Of a DNA stretch of 33,356 nucleotides, positions 24,888-33,256 are shown one piece after another. Every line of letters starts with the position of its first letter. Position 1 is the stretch's first letter. The translations under genes and the position numbers were made by a program. The DNA lies in assembly GCA_031389475.1 (NCBI GenBank), contig JANMSP010000422.1:1-33356 (forward strand). Reading direction: 5' to 3'. Under the pieces are notes generated by a model. It made no database searches and had not been told where the DNA came from. It saw nothing but the letters and a program-made list of their open reading frames with translations. This DNA comes from Pyrinomonadaceae bacterium. Its GTDB lineage: Bacteria; Acidobacteriota; Blastocatellia; Pyrinomonadales; Pyrinomonadaceae.

Positions 24888-26735
24888 ATGCTCTACGACC
24901 AATACTTCATCGACGATCTCAAAAGCCGTGCGGACCTGGTGCGGATTATCGAACCGTATGCTCCGCTAAAGAAAAAGGGTTCGAATTGGATGGGATGCTG
25001 TCCGTTTCATCAGGAAAAGACGCCTTCGTTTTCGGTGAGCCCGACGAAGGGTTTTTATAAATGTTTCGGGTGCGGGAAGGGCGGGAACGCTTATACTTTT
25101 TTGATGGAGATGGAGGGTTTGAACTTTCCCGAGGCGATCCAGCGTGTGGCCGAGATTTCCGGCATTCCGCTGCCCGAACCGGTTGACGATAAGCAGTACG
25201 CTCAAAGCAAAAAGAAAAAGGAAGAAAAGAAAAAGATCGCCGACGAGGTGATCGAACTGAACCGCATCGCTCTTGATTTTTGGGAAGCGGAACTGCAGTC
25301 GAAGAATGCGAAGGCAAAAGCTGCACGTGAATATCTGGAGACTCGCGGGATCACCGAAGCAACGCAAAAGGCTTTTCGCATCGGATTTTCTCCCGATAGC
25401 TGGGATTCGCTGCTGAATCATCTCAAAGAAAAAAAGGCCGACGAAAAACTCATTGAGCAAAGCGGCCTGGTCTCGGTAAATGAAGAAAAAGACCGCGTAT
25501 TCGACCGTTTTCGCGGACGTATAATGTTTCCGGTGCTCGATGTAAACGGCAATCCCGTTGCATTCGGCGCCCGTGCGATGGGCGACGACCAGCCGAAATA
25601 TCTCAATTCGCCGGAAACCCCTGCGTACATTAAAGGCCAGCATCTTTACGGCCTTTCCCACGGCAAAGAAGAGATCAGAAAAAAGAAATTCGTGATTCTC
25701 GTCGAAGGTTATTTGGACCTAATCGCTCTTTATCAATTCGGAATTAGTAACACCGCAGCGAGCCTCGGCACAGCCTTTACGCCCGAACAATCAAAACTCC
25801 TTAGCCGTTTTGCGAAAAAGGTCGTGATAAATTACGACGGAGATAATGCCGGAAAAAAAGCCGCCCGGAGAGCTGTCGAAGAACTTTTGACGCAGGATTT
25901 CGACGTAAAGGTACTCTTGCTGCCCGACGGTAACGATCCTGACGATTTTCTACGCGAACACGGCGCCGACAGCTACAACGAGGCCCGTGGGAAATCACAG
26001 CCTTATCTTCAATTTGTTTTGGACGCCGCGATGGCCGGGCGAAATTTGAACGTCGCCAAACAAAAGGCTGACGCCATTGAAGATGTGCTGCCCGTCTTGG
26101 CAATCCCCAAAAATCCGATACAAAAACGAGAGAGTTTCGATCAAGCGATGAACTTTTTCCGTGTGGAGGACGCGGGCTTAAAGCGGGAATTGTGGAATGC
26201 GGTCAAGCACGGAAATAAACTTGAACCGGAAGCGTTGAAAAGGCAGGTGAAGCGAGCAACGCAGGTAAAAATGACTGTGGCGGAGCAGCATTTGTTGGAA
26301 TTGTTAATTTACGATCCGGAACTTCAGGAGAAAATCCTCGATCAACTGGAAGAAACCGATTACGAATCCCTTCCGACCGCTCCGATTTTTCGGGCATTGT
26401 ATGAACTTCAATCGAAGAAAATCCCGATGTCGCACGAGAATTTGATGGAATTGATCGGCGATGACGAAGCGGCCGGCGACTTTGTGCCGCTGCTGCTGAT
26501 GACCGAGCCAAAACGCGAGGGCGGGGAAGTGATCGACGATGTACTGCACGATGCTGAAAACTGCGTTTTCACACTTCGTTTAATGGCAATTTCCAGCCGA
26601 ATCGCCGAGATTTCGCAGGAGGCAATGCATGCCGAACGTAGCGGCGAAGGAATTCTTCACAACCGCCTTACCTTCGAACAGCTCGAGCTTGAAAGAATAA
26701 AGCGCGAGCTACTTAATAGAATCGTCCAAAACTGA
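24888..26735 (+). CDS. dnaG: DNA primase
   Basis: CHC2 zinc finger (CCPFHQEKTPSFSV...YKCFGCGKGG), RNA polymerase core, TOPRIM (ILVEGYLDLIAL...NYDGDNAG) and a C-terminal DnaB-interaction-like helical domain. Confidence 0.93.
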   Translation: MLYDQYFIDDLKSRADLVRIIEPYAPLKKKGSNWMGCCPFHQEKTPSFSVSPTKGFYKCFGCGKGGNAYTFLMEMEGLNFPEAIQRVAEISGIPLPEPVDDKQYAQSKKKKEEKKKIADEVIELNRIALDFWEAELQSKNAKAKAAREYLETRGITEATQKAFRIGFSPDSWDSLLNHLKEKKADEKLIEQSGLVSVNEEKDRVFDRFRGRIMFPVLDVNGNPVAFGARAMGDDQPKYLNSPETPAYIKGQHLYGLSHGKEEIRKKKFVILVEGYLDLIALYQFGISNTAASLGTAFTPEQSKLLSRFAKKVVINYDGDNAGKKAARRAVEELLTQDFDVKVLLLPDGNDPDDFLREHGADSYNEARGKSQPYLQFVLDAAMAGRNLNVAKQKADAIEDVLPVLAIPKNPIQKRESFDQAMNFFRVEDAGLKRELWNAVKHGNKLEPEALKRQVKRATQVKMTVAEQHLLELLIYDPELQEKILDQLEETDYESLPTAPIFRALYELQSKKIPMSHENLMELIGDDEAAGDFVPLLLMTEPKREGGEVIDDVLHDAENCVFTLRLMAISSRIAEISQEAMHAERSGEGILHNRLTFEQLELERIKRELLNRIVQN

Positions 26736-26809
26736 TATAATATCTTTTTTTAAACATTCCGGCCGCCGGGAAACTTTTTCCCGCCTCTGGACGTTAAGAA
26801 CTGTTTTAC

Positions 26810-26837
26810 TTGACAACGATTTATACAAAGATTTAAT
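26810..26837 (+). promoter_or_regulatory. Sigma70-like promoter candidate for rpoD
   Basis: A perfect TTGACA (26810-26815), a 16-nt spacer, then TTTAAT (26832-26837). The ATG lies 18 nt downstream at 26856. Confidence 0.45.
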
Positions 26838-26855
26838 CCTATTTCCGGACAATAT

Positions 26856-28589
26856 ATGGCTGATTACGACGAAAAAGAAGACCTGATGGACCGCCTGGTC
26901 GCGTTGGGCAAACGAAAGAAATTCATTAGTCTCGACGAGCTTCACAGGGAAATTCCTGAAAACATGATGTCTCCCGACGACCTCGAAGACGTGCTCGACC
27001 GTCTGGAAGGCGCAAATATTTCGGTCGCCGAAACCGATTCACAGCTTCTGGAGCGTGCGTCGCAGCTTGCGCTCGATGATGACCCGGCGGTGGTCGAAGA
27101 GGAAGAAGACGACATTGACCTCGATCTTTCGGCGGGTGCGCTGGACAAATCTAACGATCCGGTCCGGCTCTATTTGCGTGAGATGGGAATCGTTCCTCTT
27201 CTTACCCGCGAAGGCGAAGTTACGATTGCGAAACGCATTGAGCGTGGTCAGATCAAAACTCGAAAGACAATTTCACGTTCACCTATCTCGGTAGAACGAT
27301 TGATAAAGATCGGCGACGATCTTAGTCGCGGCAAGGCAAGCATTCGCGAAACGGTCGCATTTTCCGAGCAAGCCGAGATCTCTCTTGAGGAAGATAAGGC
27401 GGAGGAGTATCTACGCTGGACGATCGAAGGCATCGGCAATATTCGTCAAAATTACGAAGCCGCACTGAAAGTGTGGATCGAACTTCGCGAAGAGCAAAAA
27501 GCATCGAAAGGCAAAAAATCGAAAAAGCTTTTGGCTTTGACCAGACAGACAGCTCGCCAACGATTGGAAATCGCCCAGGAGATCAAAAACCTTAACTTGA
27601 CCGAGAATTCGATGCAGAAAATGATCGCATCGGTTCGGAAGGTTGTTGAAGAGATCCGCAAATTTGAAAGGGTGATTAGAAGGGCTGATGAGAGGCTCGA
27701 ACAGAAGCCCGAAGCGGCTGAAAAGAAGGAACTTAACGCCAAGGTCAACGAAGCAAAAAAAGGCTTTGCCGAGATCGAAGAAAGCTTTCACCTGCCGACG
27801 GTTGAGATCAAGCGTTCGTTTCAGACCATCAGCGTCGGCGAATATGAAACGAATGTGGCAAAACGCGAATTGGTCGAGGCCAATCTACGCCTTGTGGTTT
27901 CAATCGCCAAGAAATACACGAATCGCGGGCTGCAGTTCCTCGATCTGATCCAGGAAGGCAACATCGGTTTGATGAAGGCCGTGGACAAATTCGAGTGGCG
28001 CCGCGGTTACAAATTCTCGACCTATGCGACGTGGTGGATTCGACAGGCGATCACGCGAGCTATTGCCGATCAGGCCCGGACGATCCGCATCCCGGTCCAC
28101 ATGATCGAAACGATCAATAAGCTGATCCGCACTTCGCGGCTGCTCGTACAGGAGCTCGGCCGCGAACCGACGAGCGAAGAGATCGCCAAGCGGATGGACA
28201 TTCCGGTTTCGAAAGTTCGAAAGGTTTTGAAGATCGCGCAGGAACCGATCTCGCTCGAAACGCCGATCGGTGAAGAGGAAGATTCGCATCTCGGCGATTT
28301 TATCGAGGATAAATCGATACTCAATCCGGCTGAATCAGTTACCTTTTCTAATCTTCGCGAGATCACCGATGAAGTTCTTGCAACGCTGACGCCGCGTGAG
28401 GAAAAGGTCATCAAAATGCGTTTCGGTCTAGGTAACACGGGCTCAGAACACACGCTCGAAGAGGTCGGCCAGCACTTCGCCGTCACCCGCGAGCGTATCC
28501 GGCAGATCGAAGCCAAAGCGCTGCGAAAGCTGCGACACCCTTCGCGCTCACGACGTCTCAAGGCGTTTTTGGAAGGTAAGCAGAGTTAG
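26856..28589 (+). CDS. rpoD: RNA polymerase primary sigma factor (sigma-70)
   Basis: It has an acidic region 1.1 and a long non-conserved insert. Region 2 reads [46 protein letters not shown]. Region 3 is present. Region 4 reads [29 protein letters not shown]. Confidence 0.95.
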   Translation: MADYDEKEDLMDRLVALGKRKKFISLDELHREIPENMMSPDDLEDVLDRLEGANISVAETDSQLLERASQLALDDDPAVVEEEEDDIDLDLSAGALDKSNDPVRLYLREMGIVPLLTREGEVTIAKRIERGQIKTRKTISRSPISVERLIKIGDDLSRGKASIRETVAFSEQAEISLEEDKAEEYLRWTIEGIGNIRQNYEAALKVWIELREEQKASKGKKSKKLLALTRQTARQRLEIAQEIKNLNLTENSMQKMIASVRKVVEEIRKFERVIRRADERLEQKPEAAEKKELNAKVNEAKKGFAEIEESFHLPTVEIKRSFQTISVGEYETNVAKRELVEANLRLVVSIAKKYTNRGLQFLDLIQEGNIGLMKAVDKFEWRRGYKFSTYATWWIRQAITRAIADQARTIRIPVHMIETINKLIRTSRLLVQELGREPTSEEIAKRMDIPVSKVRKVLKIAQEPISLETPIGEEEDSHLGDFIEDKSILNPAESVTFSNLREITDEVLATLTPREEKVIKMRFGLGNTGSEHTLEEVGQHFAVTRERIRQIEAKALRKLRHPSRSRRLKAFLEGKQS

Positions 28590-28596
28590 TTATAAA

Positions 28597-28631
28597 ATAC
28601 GCAGGCGGCATGATCGCCTGCGTATTTTTTT
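28597..28631 (+). terminator. Rho-independent terminator of rpoD
   Basis: An 11-bp perfect stem pairs ATACGCAGGCG (28597-28607) with CGCCTGCGTAT (28615-28625). The loop is 7 nt (GCATGAT) and a T7 run follows to 28631. Confidence 0.85.
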
Positions 28632-28711
28632 GTCCTTTAAGTGGACGAGTTCCTACCCACGTATTACGCCGTCAATTTTTTTCCTATTCTTGTAGCGCAT
28701 CCGAGTTACTT

Positions 28712-29938
28712 ATGAGCACCGAATCGCCTGGCCGCCAATATATCGGATTCTTGGGGCTTGCGGCCTTTCTGCTCATTCCATCTTTCGATACTTTTCTAAA
28801 GTATTTCGGCTTAGCGGGCGTCATCCTATATTTTGCCATCGGAATTCTTGCACTTTTACTCGGGCAAAAATTCGTCCTGCCTGTTTATCGTTCGAAAATC
28901 ACCGGGAAATCCGCGGATATTCTCGCGGTCATTACCTTTGCTTTACTAACATTGGTCGTTAGCTTTGTTTACCCGCTGGCGAATTCCGGGCGATTCGGTC
29001 GGGGCAGCGATGCGGACGATGCTTTGCTGATAGCTGGCGGAAAACTTCTCAACGGCGAATTCCCATATTATCTCTCGACATACCTCGGAAACATGATCTC
29101 GCCGATGCCGGGAGCTGTCCTATTCGCGATCCCGTTCGTGATTTTGGGTATCATCGCGATTCAAAACGTTTTCTGGCTGGGCGTTCTATTCGTAACAGTC
29201 AGGCATTATTTCCAAAGCAGTCCGATGGCGCTCGGCCTTATATGGCTGCTTTTATTATTTAGTCCGACTGTATTGCAAAATTTACTCACGGGAGCCGATT
29301 ACGTTTCTAATTCGATCTACATACTGGTTTTTATGTGGATTATGGTGACGACAATTTCCGATCCGAAATCGGCTGAATGGAAGCGTTTATTGCCGACGAT
29401 CTTGTTCGGCATTGGGCTTTCGTCGCGGTCGAACTTTTTGATTATAATGCCGCTGTTACTGTCGATTATGGTGCAAAATGCGGGATGGATTTCAGCGCTA
29501 AAATATCTGATCATATCGGGAATCACGTGTCTTCTAGTTACGGTTCCGTTCTGGCTTTACGACCCGGCCGGCTTTACACCGTTGATCGTGCAATCAATGA
29601 AAGTAACGGAACTGCAAACCGTACTGCCGTTCGCTGGTGTTATTATTCCCTTATCGGGCATACTGCTCGCGACCCTGCTTTCTTTCCAAAAACTGGAAAC
29701 CGATTGTATGGCATTTTTCCGTAATTGCACGATAGTTCAGCTATTCATATTACTTTTCACGAGCGGAATTTGGTCGTTAAAACTCGGTTATTTAGACCTT
29801 TTCGTCGGGCAATCCGGTTATGGAATGTTTACATTGTTCTTCGGGGCAGTTGCCGGTTGGGCGGCGTTTTATTCTAATGCTCTGAGTTCAAGCTTCAGCT
29901 TGTCTTCAGCTCCAGACGGAAGACAAGCTGAAGCTTGA
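28712..29938 (+). CDS. Polytopic GT-C-like (DUF2029/GT87-like) membrane glycosyltransferase candidate
   Basis: About 408 aa with 10 or more hydrophobic helices. The first extracytoplasmic loop, GRGSDADDALLIAGGKLLNGEFPYY, resembles the acidic loop of polyprenyl-phosphate-sugar-dependent GT-C enzymes. The start is at the ATG at 28712, because the track start at 28610 lies inside the rpoD terminator. Confidence 0.6.
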   Translation: MSTESPGRQYIGFLGLAAFLLIPSFDTFLKYFGLAGVILYFAIGILALLLGQKFVLPVYRSKITGKSADILAVITFALLTLVVSFVYPLANSGRFGRGSDADDALLIAGGKLLNGEFPYYLSTYLGNMISPMPGAVLFAIPFVILGIIAIQNVFWLGVLFVTVRHYFQSSPMALGLIWLLLLFSPTVLQNLLTGADYVSNSIYILVFMWIMVTTISDPKSAEWKRLLPTILFGIGLSSRSNFLIIMPLLLSIMVQNAGWISALKYLIISGITCLLVTVPFWLYDPAGFTPLIVQSMKVTELQTVLPFAGVIIPLSGILLATLLSFQKLETDCMAFFRNCTIVQLFILLFTSGIWSLKLGYLDLFVGQSGYGMFTLFFGAVAGWAAFYSNALSSSFSLSSAPDGRQAEA

Positions 29939-29940
29939 AC
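29886..29940. repeat. Perfect 22-bp-stem inverted repeat covering the 3' end and stop codon of the GT-C-like gene
   Basis: GTTCAAGCTTCAGCTTGTCTTC (29886-29907) pairs with GAAGACAAGCTGAAGCTTGAAC (29919-29940). The loop is 11 nt. The stop TGA at 29936-29938 sits in the 3' arm. Confidence 0.85.
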
Positions 29941-29948
29941 TTAGAACT

Positions 29949-30830
29949 TTGGTCAAACCAATTTTGAGACAACATCTTAAACTTCTTCGCCCGCACCAGT
30001 GGATAAAGAACGTATTCGTTCTGATCCCGGCATTTTTCGCGGGTAAAATCAGTCTTTTATATACTGATTACAAACTCGTTCTGGCATTCCTATCGTTCTG
30101 CGCGATCGCGAGTGCGGTCTATATCATTAATGACATTTTCGATCTCGAAAAGGACAAGATTCATGAACTGAAACGCGAGCGTCCGCTGGCGACTGGTGCG
30201 GTTTCGATAAAGACGGCGATTTTAATGCTGGCTCTCCTCGCCGCTTTGTCGCTGGCTTTGGCGATTCTGGTCGGCGAGACGTTTTTGTATGTCATTATTG
30301 GATACTTCGTACTGAATCTTTTCTACAGCCTTTATCTCAAACACGTTTCACTCGTCGATATTTCAATTATTGCCGTCGGTTTCGTTCTTCGAGTTCTTGC
30401 GGGAGGTATTGCAGCTCAAGTTCCTGTTTCAAAATGGCTGATAATGATGACGTTTTTGCTTGCATGCTGCCTCGCTCTTGGAAAAAGGCGTGACGATCTG
30501 CTGCTCGATGTCGATTCGCAAACACTTCGTCCGGCTTTAAGAGGCTACACGCTTCCGTTCATCGACACGTGCCTGATGGTTTTAGGCGGCACCACCATAG
30601 TTTGTTATATTATGTACACGGTGTCGGAAGATGTGGTGCAGCGGCTGCATTCGGAGCATGTTTACCTGACCTCGGTTTTCGTTATCCTGGGAATTTTGCG
30701 GTATTTGCAGATTGCCATTGTCGAGCAAAAGACTGGTTCACCGACCCTCATACTGCTAAAAGATACAATGATTCAGGTGATGATCGGCTTGTGGCTGCTG
30801 GCGTTTATGATTATCCTCTATGCCTCGTAA
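29949..30830 (+). CDS. UbiA-family decaprenyl-phosphate phosphoribosyltransferase-like protein (Rv3806c-like)
   Basis: LRPHQWIKNVFVL..., Asp-rich NDIFDLEKDKIHELKRERPLATG, a second motif region (...GKRRDDLLLD), and about 8 TM helices. It apparently starts at TTG. Confidence 0.85.
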   Translation: MVKPILRQHLKLLRPHQWIKNVFVLIPAFFAGKISLLYTDYKLVLAFLSFCAIASAVYIINDIFDLEKDKIHELKRERPLATGAVSIKTAILMLALLAALSLALAILVGETFLYVIIGYFVLNLFYSLYLKHVSLVDISIIAVGFVLRVLAGGIAAQVPVSKWLIMMTFLLACCLALGKRRDDLLLDVDSQTLRPALRGYTLPFIDTCLMVLGGTTIVCYIMYTVSEDVVQRLHSEHVYLTSVFVILGILRYLQIAIVEQKTGSPTLILLKDTMIQVMIGLWLLAFMIILYAS

Positions 30831-32124
30831 AACGGTAACAAATTGGGGAAACTATCCGGCTATCGAAGCAAACGTAACAGAATCCTCCGAAATTAACTAC
30901 ATCCGATCTTTGGTTCAATCGAGTGAGAGTCTGATAGCCCGAGGGAATGGGCGCTGCTACGGTGATTCTTCGCTCGGCCCGAATATATTTTCCACGCTAA
31001 AACTCGACAGATTTCTTTCCTTCGATGCCGAAACACACGCACTCGAATGCGAAGCTGGCGTTATGCTGGCGGATATTCTTGAGGTGTTCGTACCCAAAGG
31101 CTTCTTTCTCCCGGTAACGCCCGGAACAAAATTCATCACCGTCGGCGGAGCAATTGCCGCCGATGTTCACGGCAAAAATCACCACTCGGAAGGCAGTTTT
31201 TCCGAACATCTACTATCCTTCAGTCTGATGACCGCCGGAGGTGAAATCGTTTCTTGCTCAAAGAATGAAAACGCCGATCTTTTCTGGCAAACGTGCGGCG
31301 GAATGGGATTGACAGGAATTATACTGAGTGCATGTTTCAAATTAAAGCTTGTAGAAACTTCGTTCATTAATCAAATTACCCATAAAGCAGTGAGCTTAGA
31401 TAAGGTAATGGAGCTATTTGAGCGGTCTGTGGAAGCAACTTATTCAGTCGCTTGGATCGACTGTCTCGCACGTGGAAAAAATCTAGGACGCTCGATGCTG
31501 ATGCTCGGTGAACATTCTAAATACGACGAACTTCCGGTCAAATTACAAAAAGATGCGTTGGCCGTAAAGGCCGGGAACCTTCTTAATGTTCCCTTCAACT
31601 TCCCGGCTTTCTCGTTAAATTCAGCGAGTATCAAAGCATTTAATTTTGCTTATTACCATCGACAGTTTGCTCAAAGTTCCGAAGACTTCGTTCACTACGA
31701 AAGCTTTTTCTATCCGCTCGACGGCATTCATAACTGGAACCGTATCTACGGGCGAAAAGGTTTTGTCCAGTATCAATTCGTATTACCAGCGGATACCAGC
31801 TATGACGGCCTGACAAAGATTCTTAAACTCATCGAAAAATCCGGGCAGGGCTCGTTTCTCGCTGTTTTGAAATTGTTTGGAAAACCAAATCCGAAAGCCG
31901 TGATGAGTTTTCCCATGGAGGGCTATACTTTGGCATTGGATTTTAAGGTTAGTCCCAAAGTTTTCCGGCTGCTCGATGAGTTGGACGAGATAGTGGACGA
32001 ATATGGCGGACGTGTTTATCTTGCGAAAGATGCTCGGATGAGTGCCGCTTTTTTTCACAAGACATATTCTAATATCGTGTCTTCCGATAAGTTCAAATCT
32101 TCGCAATCGGAAAGGCTCGCCTAA
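30820..32124 (+). CDS. dprE1: FAD-dependent decaprenylphosphoryl-beta-D-ribose 2'-oxidase-like protein
   Basis: It is close to my recollection of M. tuberculosis DprE1. [13 protein letters not shown] matches [34 protein letters not shown] matches [46 protein letters not shown] and [12 protein letters not shown] also match. It overlaps the upstream gene by 11 nt. Confidence 0.88.
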   Translation: [434 protein letters not shown]

Positions 32125-32131
32125 ACTTTTC

Positions 32132-32866
32132 ATGTCCAAAACGCTTCTAATACTTGGGGGACGCTCAGATATCGGGCAGGCTGTCGCACAGGAATTTGCC
32201 CGTAATGGATTCGACATAATCCTGGCGGCAAGGAACGTTGAAAATTTGACTCCGGTGAAGTCGGATCTGCAAATTCGCTTTTCGATCAAGGCTTATCTAG
32301 CTGAATTCGATGCGGAAAACTTCGATTCGCATGGCGAGTTTTATAATTCGCTTCCGGTAATGCCCGATGTCGCCTTGTGCGTCTTTGGTTATCTCGGTGA
32401 GCAAAAACCCGCCGAAGCCGATTGGAATGAGGCAGCGAAAATCGTCAATGTGAATTATGTCGGGGCGGTTTCAATACTGAACATTGCGGCAAATGATTTC
32501 GAGGCCCGGAACGAAGGCACGATTATCGGCGTCTCATCCGTCGCCGGTGAACGCGGACGGCAGAGTAATTATATCTATGGCTCGGCAAAAGGCGGCTTCT
32601 CGATTGTTCTTGACGGAATGCGGCACCGTTTCGCAAATTCGAACGTAAATGTTCTTACCGTTAAACCCGGATTTGTCGATACGAAGATGACCGCCGGAAT
32701 GGATTTGCCGAAATTGCTGACCGCCCAGCCGTCCGATCTCGCGAAAGCTATTTTCAAAGCGTATAAAAAAGGAAAAGGCACTCTCTATTATGTTCGGTTC
32801 TGGCAGCCGTTTATGTTTATAATCAGAAGCATACCGGAATTTATTTTCAAGAGGACGAAACTGTAG
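32132..32866 (+). CDS. dprE2: SDR-family decaprenylphospho-2'-keto-ribose reductase-like protein
   Basis: LLILGGRSDIGQAV (Rossmann fold), ...VNYVGAVS..., SSVAGERGRQSNYIYGSAKGG (YxxxK), and the C-terminal ...IIRSIPEFIFKR. It aligns along its length to my recollection of Rv3791. The start is at the ATG at 32132. Confidence 0.85.
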   Translation: MSKTLLILGGRSDIGQAVAQEFARNGFDIILAARNVENLTPVKSDLQIRFSIKAYLAEFDAENFDSHGEFYNSLPVMPDVALCVFGYLGEQKPAEADWNEAAKIVNVNYVGAVSILNIAANDFEARNEGTIIGVSSVAGERGRQSNYIYGSAKGGFSIVLDGMRHRFANSNVNVLTVKPGFVDTKMTAGMDLPKLLTAQPSDLAKAIFKAYKKGKGTLYYVRFWQPFMFIIRSIPEFIFKRTKL

Positions 32867-32875
32867 TCAAATCCG

Positions 32876-33256
32876 ATGAGTATCACAACGCAAATCTTCT
32901 GGCTGGCAATCCTTTCGATGGTTGTGGCCTCCATAGCATGGACGGTCACGCAGGAAGAGATCTTTCGCGAATGGCGTGAAGCGTTCGAAGAAAAGAGCAA
33001 AACCGCGACGAACATTCTCGTCAAGAAATTCTTTTATGTCTTCACCTGCGAGTACTGCTTTAGCCATTGGGTAACGATCCTAATATTGATCCTGACCGGC
33101 TTTCGTATGCTGATCGACGATTGGCGGGGAGTCGTTCTGGCGTTTTTTATATTACCGTGGCTGGCGAATCAGTGGATGAGTCTTTACCGCAGGCTTCGCG
33201 TCGGCATCAAACACGAAGCGGCTCTCGTGGAAGTTGTCGAAGCAAAGAAGGACTAG
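32876..33256 (+). CDS. Small 3-TM membrane protein (possibly DUF1360-like)
   Basis: 126 aa with hydrophobic helices and a CEYCFSHWV motif. It is the last gene of the cluster. The TAG stop (33254-33256) lies in the CTAG of the downstream partial element. Confidence 0.6.
   Translation: MSITTQIFWLAILSMVVASIAWTVTQEEIFREWREAFEEKSKTATNILVKKFFYVFTCEYCFSHWVTILILILTGFRMLIDDWRGVVLAFFILPWLANQWMSLYRRLRVGIKHEAALVEVVEAKKD

Noticed and set aside
24977-24989. GGGTTCGAATTGG, which resembles a tRNA T-arm. It also occurs in the remnant at about 24106.
   Set aside because: It lies inside the dnaG coding sequence (encoding GSNWM). No acceptor or anticodon stems can be drawn around it.
26761-26790. A CCGGGAAA-CTT-TTTCCCG hairpin after dnaG, considered as a terminator.
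   Set aside because: The stem is short with a 3-nt loop and no following T-run. It sits just upstream of the rpoD promoter, so the evidence is too weak to annotate.
28610-28711. The track's N-terminal extension of the GT-C-like ORF (MIACVFFCPLSGRV...).
   Set aside because: The ATG at 28610 lies in the loop of the strong rpoD terminator hairpin (28597-28631). The extension is non-hydrophobic junk, so the ATG at 28712 is the more credible start.
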